Shown here in pieces: positions 36,290 to 50,059 of a stretch of 64,000 nt of DNA. Positions within the stretch are counted from its first letter, which is position 1; each line of letters begins with the position of its first letter. The translations under genes and the position numbers were made by a program. This DNA is from Antechinus flavipes (lineage: Eukaryota), in assembly GCF_016432865.1 (NCBI RefSeq), contig NC_067400.1, positions 554,466,001-554,530,000 on the forward strand. Reading direction: 5' to 3'. The notes under the pieces were generated by a model, which searched no databases, was not told the origin of the DNA, and worked only from the letters and a program-made list of their open reading frames with translations.

Positions 36290-36545
36290 TTCTAAATTGA
36301 GATGGCACAGTTGATAAAAATCCTGAAACTAAAATCAAGAAACACCTGAGTCCAGTTTACCTTTAGGCACTTACTAGTTTTGTAATCCTAAGTCATTTAA
36401 CCCATTTCTGCTTCAGTTTCCTTAAATAGAAAATGGGGATAATAATATGGCCTTCCTCTTACAATTTTTTTTGAAGATAAAATGATATAATATTTTAAAA
36501 ATGCTTTGCAAAACTTAAAATGCTATGCAAATGCTAGCTAATATC
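36290..36545 (+). mobile_element. MIR SINE
   Basis: cacttactagttttgtaatcctaagtcatttaaccc...cagtttccttaaatagaaaatggggataata...atgctttgcaaaacttaaaatgctatgcaaatgctagct. Confidence 0.7.
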
Positions 36546-39539
36546 ATTCTAGATTGTTTTTAAGGTTTATGTGACATAAATGAGTATGAACTTGATTTTT
36601 TCCCAGGAAATACATGAGGTCTGGAAATGCTGGCACAACACTGTTCAGCATGGTGTACCTGAAGGTATTGTGCTCAATGAGCAAAGTAAAATCATAGAAG
36701 CATAAAGGAAACATGAGGTACACAAATCCAGATCTGCTTCTATTCTAAATGTTCTAACAGACCACTTTTGCCTGATCTGTGGTAGCATCTTTTGAACTCA
36801 TATTAGTCTGATCAGTCATACTCAAACATATTGTATCCAAAAACTAATATTATGAAATATTCTTTTTTGAAAATGAAGAACAAACAATAATTATACTACA
36901 ATCACTAAGAGTATCTAAGTAATAATTTTACCCAGCAAGAGGCAATCTACTCTGGCCTCCCAAGATCTGGAGTCCAAAAAAGAATGAATCCTTTTACTCG
37001 TGTGTAAAAGATTATTCTTCTGCCTAAACACAGGCAATAAACATAGCTTGAGCAGCCAGATTTGAAGTTGCAATAGACAACATTGGATGACTCATATTTT
37101 GAATAAATCTTAAGATTTCATATAAAAGTATTGATCAAAGTTATAAAAAATATAGAAAGTTCTTCTTGACTGTTTACCTTTCATTCTAGTGTCTTCATTT
37201 TGTTGACCATTCCCAATTTATCCTGTATATAACTCTACATAGATGGTTATTTATATGCTGTTTCCTAATTAGATCATAAGATCCTTGAGATGGGATGTCC
37301 TTTTGTCTTTGTATATCTTTTAGCACAGTGCCGGGCTCAAAGGAGATCTACACATTTGTAGTTGTAGAATCCTATTCCTTTTATTTTGGGGGAAATTTTC
37401 TAGTTGAATTTCCACCTCTCTAGAATATTATTCAAGCAAACAAATCTGTTACCATGTTATTTTTCAGGAAAATAAAACTGTAATGAGATAGCGAAATGCT
37501 CTCTTCATGGGTCACAGTGGTCTCCCCAGTTCTCTCAACCACAAGTTGTGCAAAGCAAATAAAAATGGTAATATTGCTTCAGTACTAATTCTATATCATA
37601 GATCAAATTCGAGAACAATGAAGCAGGATAGCCTTCTAAAGGTCAGTTGGCCTTCTGTCCTTAACAGATACTGAGCTCTTGTACTCAGTCCAGTCTGGGT
37701 GCTGATCATCAGCCCTGACATACTTCCAATTCAATCCAATTGTCCTGTTGCCCTTCTTGGTGCTATCTGTCAACATATTTCCATCTTGGTTTAATAGCAT
37801 ATAAGTAGCAACAAAGAAAGATGATGGTAGAAGTAATCCAGAATAGTTTCATAAGGAGTGATCTAAGATAGGACAAGCCAACAAATTATTTAAGAGTAGG
37901 AAAGAGTGTAGAGGTGAGCTAATTTATTAAGTGTAATAGATTGGAAGAAAGTATAATTAGAACAAGGATGATGATTTAGGAAAATATGAAGGAGTATTTT
38001 AGAGAGTAAAGTGAAGATGAAGAATAAGGTAGGAGGTAATAAAATATAAGAGTTTGAATGATAAAATTTTTTTGATTAGATAAAGGATTTTGAATCTTTA
38101 GATATGGAAAAATATCTATAAGTGATAGCAAGATCAAATGTGCAATTATGTCTGGGTATAGATGAGGTAGAGTGGAAGAATGGAGTTAGAAAAACAGATC
38201 ATGGGAGTTGAGTATATTGAAAAGCTAGCAGTCAGATTTTTTCTAAAGTACCTCAACAGGAAAGTATCAATTAGGTTAGACAAAAAAACTATGAAACAAG
38301 ATAGACAACTAATTCATTGAGAAGGAAGAAAATATATCCTGGAATCAGTAGATAATGTCCAGCAGAATATGGATTAGGTGATGAATTTGGATGAAGTAAA
38401 CATCAAAGGTTACAAAATGATCAAGCTAGAGGGACAGTATAATTGGTGATAGGGAATAAATAGTATCCTGCTTTCCCTACTATGATCAGTTAATTGTTAT
38501 TGAGAGAGAGGGAGTGTAGTATGAGAAAAGCTATAACAAATACTGGAACAGCCAGGTATTACATGTCATCCCTGGGAATGCAAGTGCCTCTGGGCAAGAG
38601 AGAGAAAGATCTAAAATAAAAAGAAGGATGTTAATTATGGAGTAGGAGTGGAAGTGGTGAGACTGCCTAAAGTGGGACAGCATTTCAAATAAAGACAATG
38701 AACCTCAGAAAGGTTAAAAGTTTTGTTTAACATCATCCAGTCATTAAATAGCCAGTATGAGATTTAAATTCAAATCTCTTCCAAATTAAGATTCTCTATT
38801 TTTACTATATCAGATTATGTCCTATTAGAATGACCTTTCTATAAACATGTACCTTGTAGAAATATTTTCTTTTGCAATTAAGAAGTTTTTGAGCTCTCCA
38901 TATATGAGAATTCTCTTTTTTATCTCCTCCTCTCTATAGCTATTTTGGGTTAGCTACCTCCCTGCTGTGTTGGGAGTTGGCCTTCTCAGCAGTCATTCTG
39001 AGTCACAGTGAGAACTGAGACCTAACCTGGTGCTCTGAGATCAACCAGCCAACATAAACATGGCTAAGAATCAGGCTTGGATTTTTATTGTCCTTGCTCC
39101 CCAGAGATGCTGTTTCACTGGGAAAATTTTTCCTCACAGAAATAAATACCTGTCTGGCTCTCATAGTCCCATCAACCTGGTACAACTATGGCCAATGTCT
39201 TCTGCGCTGGCTCAATTACAATAGTTTCCAAAAGGTCCCTTCCTCCAGGAAGTCTTTTCAAACATAGAGACCAAATTCCTGTGATCTTACCCCATCTTGT
39301 AAGAAGTGTATATACCATTACGGGTGGTCATCAATTACATGTTGTGTGACCACTTGTTAAGGAAGTTATAGAAAGGATTTCTGGGGTGTAATAGGATATT
39401 CTCTTTTTAGCCTCTTCCAGCTCTGATTTTTTTGTCACTATGATTCTCCAAAGAGAACTCTTTTTCACAAAAGGACAACATTATTTGGAAGGGTAAGTTT
39501 GATGTATTAAAACATCTCCCTAAAGCATGTGTAGTCTCT

Positions 39540-40160
39540 TCTAAATTTATAAATGGTCAAAGGATATGAACTGGCAGGTTTTGGATGAAGAAATCAAAGC
39601 TATATATAGCCATGTGCAAAAATGCTCTAGATCATTTTTGTTTAGAGAAATGCAAATTAACATAACTTTGAGATATTATCTCAGACCTATCAGATTGGCT
39701 AATTGGTAAAAGGGGAAAATGAGAAATGTTGGAGAGAATTTGAAAAATTGGCATACTCATACACTTTTGGTGGAACTATGGTACTGATTCAAATATTTTG
39801 AAGAACAATCTGGAATTATGTTCAAAGAGTTATAAAATGGTGTATACCCTTTGACCCAGAAATATCACTATTCTGTTTCCTGAGGTGATTAGGGGAAAAA
39901 AGGAAAAGAATTTATATCTTTTCAAATATTTACTGTAGCTACTTTCTTTGTGGTGGCAAAGAAGTGGAATTTGAGGGGATACCTACTTTATACTATATTG
40001 TAGAAATGCTTGTTTTATTTTATAAATTAAAAATAATAAACAAAGATGATGAGCAGGCTGATTTTAGAAAAACATGAAAAAACTTGCATGAAATAATGAA
40101 GAGTGAAATGAGCAGAACCAAGAAAACATTGTATACAGTAACAGCAATATTGTTGAAAAA
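39540..40160 (+). mobile_element. L1 fragment (degraded ORF2 3' part)
   Basis: ataaatggtcaaaggatatgaac...atgcaaattaacataactttgag...cagattggctaa...gatgagcaggctgattttagaaaaac. Confidence 0.85.
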
Positions 40161-40161
40161 A

Positions 40162-40256
40162 GGGGCAGCTGGTTTGTGCAAAGGATAGAGCACTAATCTT
40201 GGAAACAGCGGGGGAACCTGAGTTCAAATGCAGCCTCAGGTCCTAGCTGGGCAAGT
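40162..40256 (+). mobile_element. Marsupial tRNA-derived SINE fragment
   Basis: ggggcagctgg...ggatagagcac...gaacctgagttcaaatgcagcctcag with A and B boxes. Confidence 0.7.
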
Positions 40257-40374
40257 CTCCCTCCTCATCTTCATTTCTGTTCTTCCCTCAAAGTCCAAGT
40301 TACAATCTCACCTGGAAGATGTCTCCCCTGATCACCCTGAAGCCTAGTATCTTCTCGCTGAGATTATATCAATA

Positions 40375-41335
40375 AATCAAGATATTATTAAGTTTCTACT
40401 ATGTGCCAAACCATTGTGCTAATCATGGGGGATACAAAAAGAGGTTAAATATAATCTCTTCTTTCAAGAAGGTTGCAATCTAATGGAGAAAACAACATAA
40501 AACAAATACATAAAAATCTATAAAAGTATAAATAAGAAATAATTAAAAGAGGGAAAGCATTAGAATTGAGAGTTAGAAAAGGTTTTCTGTTGGAATCCTT
40601 ACAAAGTGCTAATTTAGCATGGTACTTAGCAAATCCTCTAGCTCACTAATGTATTTAAGTACTCATTGGAGTTCACACATTTGGGAGATTTCAGGGTTTA
40701 GTATGAGATATCCGAATTCACACCTCCCTTAATCCCTGCCTCCAGAAAGAGGAGTCAACCTTTGGGAGATCATATATAAAGAGGCTCTTAGCTTCGGATT
40801 AGTTAGTTACTTCGGAACATTGCCAGGGTTTAGAGAAGAGCACTCTGTGAGGAAGCCCACGAGCCCTCTCTCTGAGGCAAGAAATTCATTTCCAACTTTC
40901 ACCTTGGTGCTGGCTGGAGGCTGAAGAAAGCAGAAGCAGAAGCAAAGGACAAAGCTGCAAGAGCTCTTGGAGCCAAGCAGAAAGATAGGCCTCTAAGAAA
41001 AACTAACCAGGCTATTTTGGAGGAGCAATAAAAGATTTGAACTTTTGACACCTGACTGCATTTGGAGTAATTATTACTTTTAACTGAAAGGAAGGCTGCC
41101 TCCAGAAAATCTCCCCGAGAAACCTGCTCTCTCCCAGAGAGAACCATCTTATATTATATTTTAAAGAAGAAAAACACCACAGTTTTCTATAGAAGGCAGG
41201 AATTAGTTTGGACTTAAATGAAGTTAGGAAGGTTAATATTTGAATAGAGTAGGGAGAGTATTCCAGGCATGGGGACATCCAAAAAAGATGACCAGAGCCC
41301 AGAAGTGCAGTGCTTTATTTATGGAACAACAAGAA
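40375..41335 (-). mobile_element. L2 fragment interrupted by the solo LTR
   Basis: tattattaagtttctactatgtgcc...ggggatacaaa L2 tail; the sequence continues colinearly after the LTR (gttttctatagaaggcagg...ttccaggcatggggaca). Confidence 0.6.
40588..41181 (+). mobile_element. ERV solo LTR, 594 bp, 6-bp TSD
   Basis: TG...CA ends, GTTTTC at both 40582-40587 and 41182-41187, TATATAAA at 40773-40780 and AATAAA at 41027-41032. Confidence 0.9.
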
Positions 41336-41414
41336 TGATAATATATTTTCGATAATTGTTTATATATTGTCTCCCTTATTATTAAACTGTGAACTCATTG
41401 AGAGTAGGAACCAT

Positions 41415-41525
41415 TTTTCTTTTTCTTTCCTTCCTTCTTTCTTCCTTCCTTTTTTCTTTCCTTCCTTAGTCCCGTCTTTCCTCCCTCCTTTCCTTCCCCC
41501 CCCCTCTTTCTTTTTCTTTCTCCTT
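41415..41525. repeat. CT-rich (CCTT/CTTT) low-complexity tract
   Basis: Directly visible. Confidence 0.85.
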
Positions 41526-42079
41526 GACGCTCAGCTCAGTACCTTGTACATAATAAGCATTTAATAAATGTTTGTCCGCTTGACTCTGTTAGCTGATTGA
41601 AAATTTGCTTCAATTAGAAGCTTTAAGAGTAAGACTCTAATACTCTGTTGACACTATTAGGTATTATTGAATAGTGCAGAAGAAGTGCCTAACCTCAAAG
41701 TAGAATGGAAGCAGATTTGGGAAGGAGAACTAAAGCCTCTTAATCATTGGAAACTTTGAGATAATAGCAAAGGATTGCAATTCTGACTTGTAGAGTTTGC
41801 AAAGGAAAAAAGTCCCAACATTTAGCCTCCTGGAACAGAAATAGCAGTTTCCTGTCTCCTAGGGAGAGGTCTGCAAATTTAGCTCACTATTTTATACATT
41901 CCTTTTTATGTAGAAAGAGTGAATGCAGTCATGAGTTTAGAATCGTGAATCTTTTTTTTTTAATGAGTATATATGGGTCAGTGAAGTCTGGTGAGAAAAA
42001 TCTAATTTTTAGATGCTTTAAGAAAGTGAGGATTTTTAATGAGATGAAGTCAAGGCAGTTCTTACAGGAAATTTTATAT

Positions 42080-44370
42080 CTCTAGGCGCTTACATGAATA
42101 AAATAGAGAAAGTGAGCTCAATGAATTGAGAATGCAACTAAAAATGCTAGAAAAAGAACAAATTTTAACCCCCCCAAATTAAATGTTAAATCAGGAATAC
42201 TAAAAATCAAAGGAGAAATTAATCAAATTAAAATTAGGAAAACTATTGAAATAATAAGCAAAATTAAGAATTGGTTTGTAATGAAAAAAACAACAACAAA
42301 ATAGATAATTCTTTGGCTAATAGATAATAGAAAAGATAGAAAGATGAAAGAAGAAAATTAAATTATCAGTATTAAAAAAATGGAAAGGATAAAGTTATCA
42401 TCCATGAAGAAGAAATTAAAGCAATAATTAGGAATGATCTTGTTTAAATTTATGCCAATAAATTTGAAAAATTAAGTGACATGGATGAATATTTACAAAA
42501 AATATAGATTGTCCATATTAACAAAAGAGGAAACAAAATACTTAAATGGTCCCATTTTTTAAAAAAAGAAATTGAACAAGCCATCCATGAACTCCCTAAG
42601 AAAAAATTTCCAGGATGAGATGGATTTACAAGTAAATTCTACCAGCAAAAAGATCAATTAAAAGATCAATTCCTATACTATATAAACTATTTAGAAAATT
42701 AAGTGGAGTCCTACAAAATTCCTTTTATGATACAGATATGGTGCTAATAGTTAATTATAGACCAGTTTCCATATTGATGCAAAAATCTTAAGTGAAATAT
42801 TAACAAAGAGATTCCAGCAACTTATCCACAGAATAATATGCTATGACCAAGTGGCATTTATATCAGGGCCAAGTAGTACTTATATCAGGAATGCAGAACT
42901 GTTGCAATATCAGGAAAATATAAGCATAATTAGCCATATCAAAACAAAACTAACAGAAATCATATGATTATCTCAATAGATGCAGAAAAGGCATTTGATA
43001 AATTACATCATCCATTCCTAATTAAAACACTACAACACCCATTACTAATTAAAACACTAGAGAATATAGTATAAATGCTGTTTTCCTTAAAATGTTAAGT
43101 AGCATCTTTTTAAAACCATCAGAAAGCATTATATAAAATTGGGATATGTTAGAGGCATTCCCCAATAAGATCAGGGGTGAAACAAAGTTATCCAATATCA
43201 CCACTATTATTCAATATTGTTCTAGAAATGTAACCTTTACTAATAAGAGAAAAAAAAAAGAAAGTGAAGGAATTAAGAATCGGCAGTGAGGAAACAACAC
43301 TATCATTTTTGCAGATAATATGACGGTATATTTAGAGAATCCTAGAGAATCAACTAAAAAATTATTAGAAACAACAACTTGAACAAAGTTGCAAGATATA
43401 AAAATAAATAATAAAAAACAATAACAAAATTCATCTGAAAGACTAGAAAGTCAAGAATATCAAGAGAACTAATGAAAAAATGCAAAGGCAGGTAGCTTAC
43501 CTATACCAGACCTAAAACTATATTAATAAAGTGACAATCATCAAAAACATTTGGTACTGGCTAAGAAATAGAGTAGTGAATCAGTGAACTAGGTTAGGTA
43601 CACAAGACACAGAGCCAATGATTATAGCAATCTAGTGTTTGATAAACCCAAAGACTCCAGCTTCTGAGATAAGAACTTACTATTTAACAAATATTTATGG
43701 GGAAAAGATCATAAAAGAAAGAAAAGGACCCACATGTGCAAAAATGTTTGTAGCAGCCCTTTTTGTAGTGGAAAGAAACTGGAAATTGATCAGATGTCTA
43801 TCAATTGGATATTGGCTGAGTAAGTTATGGTCATGCAATGGAATATTATTGTTATATAATAAATGATGAGCAAACTGATTGCAGAAAATCCTGGAAAGAC
43901 TTACATGAACTGATGCTGAGTGAGTGAGTAAAATCAAGAGAACACTGTACATAGTAACAACAAGATTATGTGATGATCATCTGTGATGGACTTGGCTATT
44001 TTCAATAATGTGGTGATTCAAGGCAATTTCAGTAGACTTGGGAATGAAAAATGCCATCTCTTTCCAGAGAGAGAACTATGGAAACTGAATATGGAACAAA
44101 GCATAGTATTATCACTTTTTCTTTGTTTGTTGCTTTCTTTCTAAATTTTCCCCTTTTGGTCTGATTTCTTGATCAACATGACAAATATGAAAATGTGTTT
44201 TTAAAAATTGCACATATTTAACCTATGTCAAATTACTTGCTGTCTTGGGGAAGGAGAAGGTAAAAAAAGGTAAGAAGAAAAATTTAGAACACAAAACCTT
44301 ACAAACACAAATGTTGAAAACTATCTTTACATGTTTTTGGAAAATAAAATATTATTGAAGAAAAAAGAAA
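42080..44370 (+). mobile_element. L1 remnant with internally deleted ORF2 (RT region) and 3'UTR
   Basis: catatgattatctcaatagatgcagaaaaggcatttgataaa ([14 protein letters not shown]), gatcaggggtgaaacaaag...tcaccactattattcaatattgt (RT motifs), tttgcagataatatgacggta (FADD-like). Many stops and deletions; ends in a 3'UTR and A-rich tail. Confidence 0.92.
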
Positions 44371-44829
44371 TTGAAGTGTGTGTTTTTTAGGAGGAGGATA
44401 AGGAAAATTTTCTGAGTTATTTTTTATTCCTTAATCATTCACAAAATCAAGCAAAACAGAGGGTGACAGTCTATCCTTTCTGTTTTCCATATTGTTGTTT
44501 TGGAAATACAAAAATGAAATGATTTTATAGATTAAAAGTGAATAGGCAGGATTCTTTTCATATTATTTTCAAAATTGTGCTGGGCAAATTTTATTTTTTT
44601 TAAAAAATTTTACATGCTGGAATATCTTAATGGGGTTTCCTTGGATGTATTACTTCCCCTCCCTTTCCCTCATTGTTAAAGTGAGGATTGGAGGAAATTT
44701 TGTATATAAATGCTCTCATACACGAGAGAAGGCTGATCCACTTTTCCACTCCTTTTCCTCAAAATCCTAGCACCTACTATGTCCAGGATGGAGATTTGTG
44801 GGGCATGTGAACTTTGTTAAACCTGTGAT

Positions 44830-45800
44830 ACTGAGAGTCAGTCAGACAATAAACATTTACTAAAGCTTTCTAGGTTCCTAGAACAAATACAAAGCAGTGG
44901 GGATAGATAGAAGACAAGAGTATATATATATATATATATACAAGATCTATACTAAGTAAACAGAAAGCAGTTTCTGAGAAGTAAACACAAATAGTTCTTG
45001 GGGAAAGTAGTGGGAAGGATATAGGTAGGACTGGAGTCTGGGAAATGCTTCCTGCCAAAGTTAGTATATGAATTGAGTCTTGATGGTCAGGAATTCTAAA
45101 AGGCAAAGGTGAACAGAGAGAGTATTACAGGAATTGGATATAGCCAGACCAAACACAGGGAAATTGGATATAAAATGTTAGATTATCCATTATCTATTGT
45201 ATTATCTATTGTTGTCTGTGTTGTATAATAAAGCCTGTGGAAGGGAAGAATGTATAATAAGACTGGAGAGGTGGGAAGGAGTTATATTGTAAAGAGTTTT
45301 AAAAATCAAATAGATCCATATTTATATCTCATTATGCAGGTGACAGGAAAACACTGGAATTTATTGAGTAGAGAGTCATAAGTAACAGGCCACAGCTCAA
45401 ATCTTTGCTTTAGGAAAATCACTTGGGCAATTTAGTAGACGATGACTGGGAGTAAGAATAGAACTTATGAGATGTAGAACAATTAGAAAATGTTGACAAT
45501 ATCTTAGGCAAGAGATGATAAGTCTGAGCTAGACTAGTGACTATTTGAATGGAGAACAAAAAACTTAGAGAGGAGATGCTGAAAAGTTGGAAATGATAAG
45601 ATTTGAGAACAGACTACACATGTAAATTTAATGAGAGTGAAGATTTAAGGATGATTCTGATTTGTGAACCCAAATAACTATGAGTATGAGAGTGTTCTCA
45701 ACAATAGTTAAAAAAATTAGGAGAAATAGAAAATTTGGAAAAGATGAAAATATGTTCTGATTTGGATCTGTTGAGTTTGATTTGCACATGGTTGTAGACA
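44830..45800 (-). mobile_element. L2 fragment containing (TA)n at 44923-44941
   Basis: cagtcagacaataaacatttactaaagc L2 tail followed by a reverse-strand L2 body. Confidence 0.55.
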
Positions 45801-48800
45801 AAGGGGAGGGGAAGACAACGAGAAGTTGTGCAGAATAAATTACTTTTTCAATAAATTCAATCAAGAAAAGACTATCCTTATGCCTGGAATGTTCTTCTTT
45901 ATCTCTACTTACTAGCTTTGTAGGATTCATGGTTCTGTTGAAACAAAAGTGTGCCCTGAGATGAAGGATTCTTGGGGTGATAGGAATCTGTTCTTGTATA
46001 CAATCCTTCCTCTCAAGGATAGCAGTAGCTATGTGTTAACCATGTAACTGTGGAGAAAACTGAAAGCGAATGATAGAAACTTTACCTTGGTAAAAGATTA
46101 GTTTTTAGGGGATATTCATCAATTTTCATAAAATAGTCTTCTTTACCCAATCTATAAGCAGTAGGAAATTGGGAAGTTCTCACCCAGAGGAGTAAATAAG
46201 GGAGTCTCATCCTAACTGCCAAGCATATGCCACATCTGAGTTTTTTCAGGTTATTGATTTCTCAGAAACTTTCTCATTAATTACTTGCTTCTAGGTCATA
46301 TGACTATAGACCAGCCCAAACAGGTTGGAGTTTTCACCCACTTTTAAACAGGGAAGGAGGTTTTTCAGCTTCCTTTCTCCTATCCTGATCCTAACAATCA
46401 GTATATTCTTTCTAAAATCCAACATTGATTATTCTTGCTAAAAGACTTATATTTATGTTAATCTATCCAGGAAATTTACATTTCAAATAATTTTACAATA
46501 TCTGTTATTTTTTCCCTAGCAGGACAAAGATTCTCACATCTAATATCCTTTCCCCTTCTTACAAGAAAAAATAGACAAACATACTTCTATCTACAATAGA
46601 GATAAAAAAGCTGAGATTTAAAAACTTGCTAAATTGCACAAGTTAATAAACTAGCATACAAGTGTTAGGGTTCTATACTCACTTTAAAATACCATCAGAT
46701 CCCATAACTATTCCTCCATTTGACATCACAAGTTGTATTTGTGATACCACCAAGTCTCCCATGTTAGATACTTGGAGATATTCTTGACTCCCTTTCTTTT
46801 CATATCCCATCAATAACCAAACCCATTTACAGAATTGCAAAAGACAATAACTAGAAGGGACTTGAGAGGCCATTTAATCTAACCTGTGTCTGCAAAGAAT
46901 CTCTTTTGCAAAAAAGTCTTCAGTGACTCCTTCTGGGTTTTGGAATAATAAATTTTCCCCATCTAGATTATCTCATATTCTTCCCCTTCACAAAGATTAT
47001 ATCCTGATTAAACTTTATTTTTGTCTCCAAATAGTATTTGGAGACAATAATATTTGCCTTTCTTGATGCTTTGGCTTTTGTTACCTTTACTTTCCCTGGA
47101 ATATCCCTCTTATCTTTGTCCCTTAAAGACCTATCTTTAAAAATCCAAAGAAAATGTCACCTCTTAAATGAAACTTCCTTTATTTTTTTCTGTCAGTTCA
47201 TCCCTCTTTCCCCTAGGTCACATAGCATCTTGTATTTCTGGAATGCATTGATCATGAAAAAAAAATTGCACTATAGTTTTCTACTCTTTCTGTGTGTTCC
47301 TCTACTAGATTCTATTAGTATGTATTCCTTTATTATATTATAAGCTCCTTTAAGGGAAGGTCAAAAATTTTACCTTAAATTTGCATTTCCTACTGCCCTT
47401 AGTTCAAAGTTCTATATACAATAGACTTAAAATAAATGATTGTTGAATAAATAAATAAATGAATTTCTCTTACAACAACCCTTAATCTGATGCTCTTAAT
47501 TTCAACCACCCATTTCTCTGCTCATATTTCTACCCATAAATTGTCAGGGTCTTCCTGGTTTCAGGACCACAATCTAACATCTAATCCAATCCCTTCTCTT
47601 TACAGTAGAGAAAACTGAGGAACACATAGGTTAAGTAATTTGTCCAAGACCACACAAATAGTACATATTAGAGGAAAGATTTGAATCAGTTCATTTGACT
47701 CCCTAGTCTTTCCATTATTCCAAGATGTCTCTCTGTCTTCTACTGTGTAAAGACCAAACTTACCTAAAGCTGTAACATAAGCTTTCAGTATGGTATTGTA
47801 AGAGATCTAGTAATCTTCCCATAGGCTGGACCAGAAGATCTCCACCATGGGGCCTGAAATCATATTATTAGACATTCATTTCTTTAGTTGAGTCATTGCT
47901 CCTGCAATGGCTGAACAGCATATTCAATTATTCTTCAATACAAATGGCAAGTAGCCTAAGAATTTCACTGAGCATGGTGAATAAGAGGAATATTGAAATG
48001 AAAAGAAAGATTTAGATAGGGGAGGATGCATAACCCAGTTTCTTCACCCAGTTTGCTGCTCAGGGGGTGCATTGTGGAATGAATAGAGATGAACTGACTT
48101 CTTTTCTACCATCTCATGTTTGTCCCTCTACCCTCACTTCAGGACATTGCCTGACATCTATAGTGCTTTATAAAACAAGGAAAACTCCCTGTCCTCTGGG
48201 ACATCATTGGATCTTCTCTACCCTGTCTGCTCAACCTAGCCCTTCTCTGAGAAGGCCAGGATTCTAGATCATCCTAAAAGAGCCACAAGGCTCTTTAGGA
48301 TTAAGAGCTGTCAACTTTTATGTTAAACCTAAAGTTTCTGCCACTGCTTCTGATTCTTAGATTTCCCTTATAAAAGACATCCCATATAATTCTCCTTAGA
48401 TTCCTCTCCAGATTTCCCTTTTGGATCCCTCTTTATAGGTCCTCCACTTTCATGTCCCCTGCACCAAGTACCCTCAGATCTTTGCTTCTAATCCAATTCC
48501 CCTGCAACTGGCATCCCCATTTTCAGCCTTTTTCCCTGGGATATTCCCATTGAATTTTTCTCCCAGCCCCCCTCTACCCTAGTCAGCCCATATAGTCACT
48601 CACCCCCTCCTGGTGACAAGAGCGTGTTTTTAGTGCTTGAGATGGAGGGAAGGGCAGAACACAGGACTCTCAAAAGGGAGTATTTATATTCCATTCCTGG
48701 CTTAGGACCCAGGCCAACTGCAGTCAATCAGCCACTGGGGAATCCTGTATAGGACAGAAACCATCTGGTTCACATGTTAAAAAATGATAGACTGAGCCAA

Positions 48801-49231
48801 GAATCTAGTGATATTTGGGAAACTGGAACTCCAGGAATGGAGGAAGATTTGGGCAGCAAGGGGGATGACAAGGATAGTAATTCCAACTAGAAAATTTTTC
48901 TGCCTGGCTTCTTCAACAAAGTGCAAAAGGAAACAGATGATCTGTTGGGAAAAAATTAGAAGGAATGATCTCAAGTATACAATTAGAGAAAGTGGCTTCA
49001 GTAAAAAGGGGTATTTCTTCATCAAACACTGGATTAAAAGGAGAGAGAATAGCAACTGATATTAAAGGGTTGTGAAATGACAAGAAGAGGGATTTTTTTA
49101 TAAAAGTCTCCATTTTCTCAATAAGCTATGAAGTAAGTCCTCTAAGGGTGAGGGTGGGCTGGGAGGTGGTAAAGTAGGCTACAAGATAGAAGTAAAGATT
49201 TGAAACATCTCCTGAGGGAAATAGGGTAGAG

Positions 49232-49433
49232 CAGTGGTTATTAAACTTTTGTTCTCAGAATCTTTATAATATTAAAAATAATTGAGGATATGTCCAGAGA
49301 GTTTTTGTTTATGTGGGTTATATTTATAGATATTTACCATATTAGATATAAAAACTAATTTTGAATTTGTAGACCTTCTGAAAGTGTTCCACAGACTACC
49401 AGAATTCTCTGATCTACACTTTGAGAAGCATTG
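49232..49433. mobile_element. Charlie1-like hAT MITE
   Basis: TIRs cagtggttattaaact / tttgagaagcattg; internal gagtttttgtttatgtgggttatatttatagatatttaccatattag; degenerate 8-bp flanks gggtagag / tgatagac fit the Charlie xxxTAGAx target preference. Confidence 0.7.
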
Positions 49434-50059
49434 TGATAGACAATAAATGAGGTAAGAATGAAGAGATTTCTTTACTTTGATGAAGGCATATCTGAGATTG
49501 TATAAAATAAACTTTATAGGTTGGAGTCAGTGATGTTGTATGAGTGATTTCCAATTCATTCATAAGTGTACAAGAAGTAGCAGTAGCAGATGGGGATGAT
49601 TTTGGCTAGGTATGAAAATGCCTAAGCTTGAGTGAATGAGGGAGCAAGGAAATTGAGAAGGGAGGAAAGGTTAGAACTGAATTGGTTATCAATATAATGG
49701 AGAGTAAAAAAAAAAAAAAAAACCAGAGAATCAAAGTATTCAATATTGAACTAGATTAACCTAGTCATGGAAATCTTTTCTACATCTCAGATTATTTCAT
49801 TCTGGTTCCACAGAATGTAATGATCCACTGATAAATATTAATAGTACCACATGGCCCTTGTAACCCTCTCACACCTAATAAACCTCAAACATCATTTTAC
49901 TTCAAGTTTAGTTCAGGTGCCTCCATTCCTTGAAAGCCTTCCTACATCATAATAATGAAATCCCCTTCTACATTCCACTTTTGTCTATGAGCTAGTGATA
50001 GTGAACTTCCTGGTATTCCTTTCACTTGCCCCTCCATCTCCAGACTTCATTCCTCCCTA

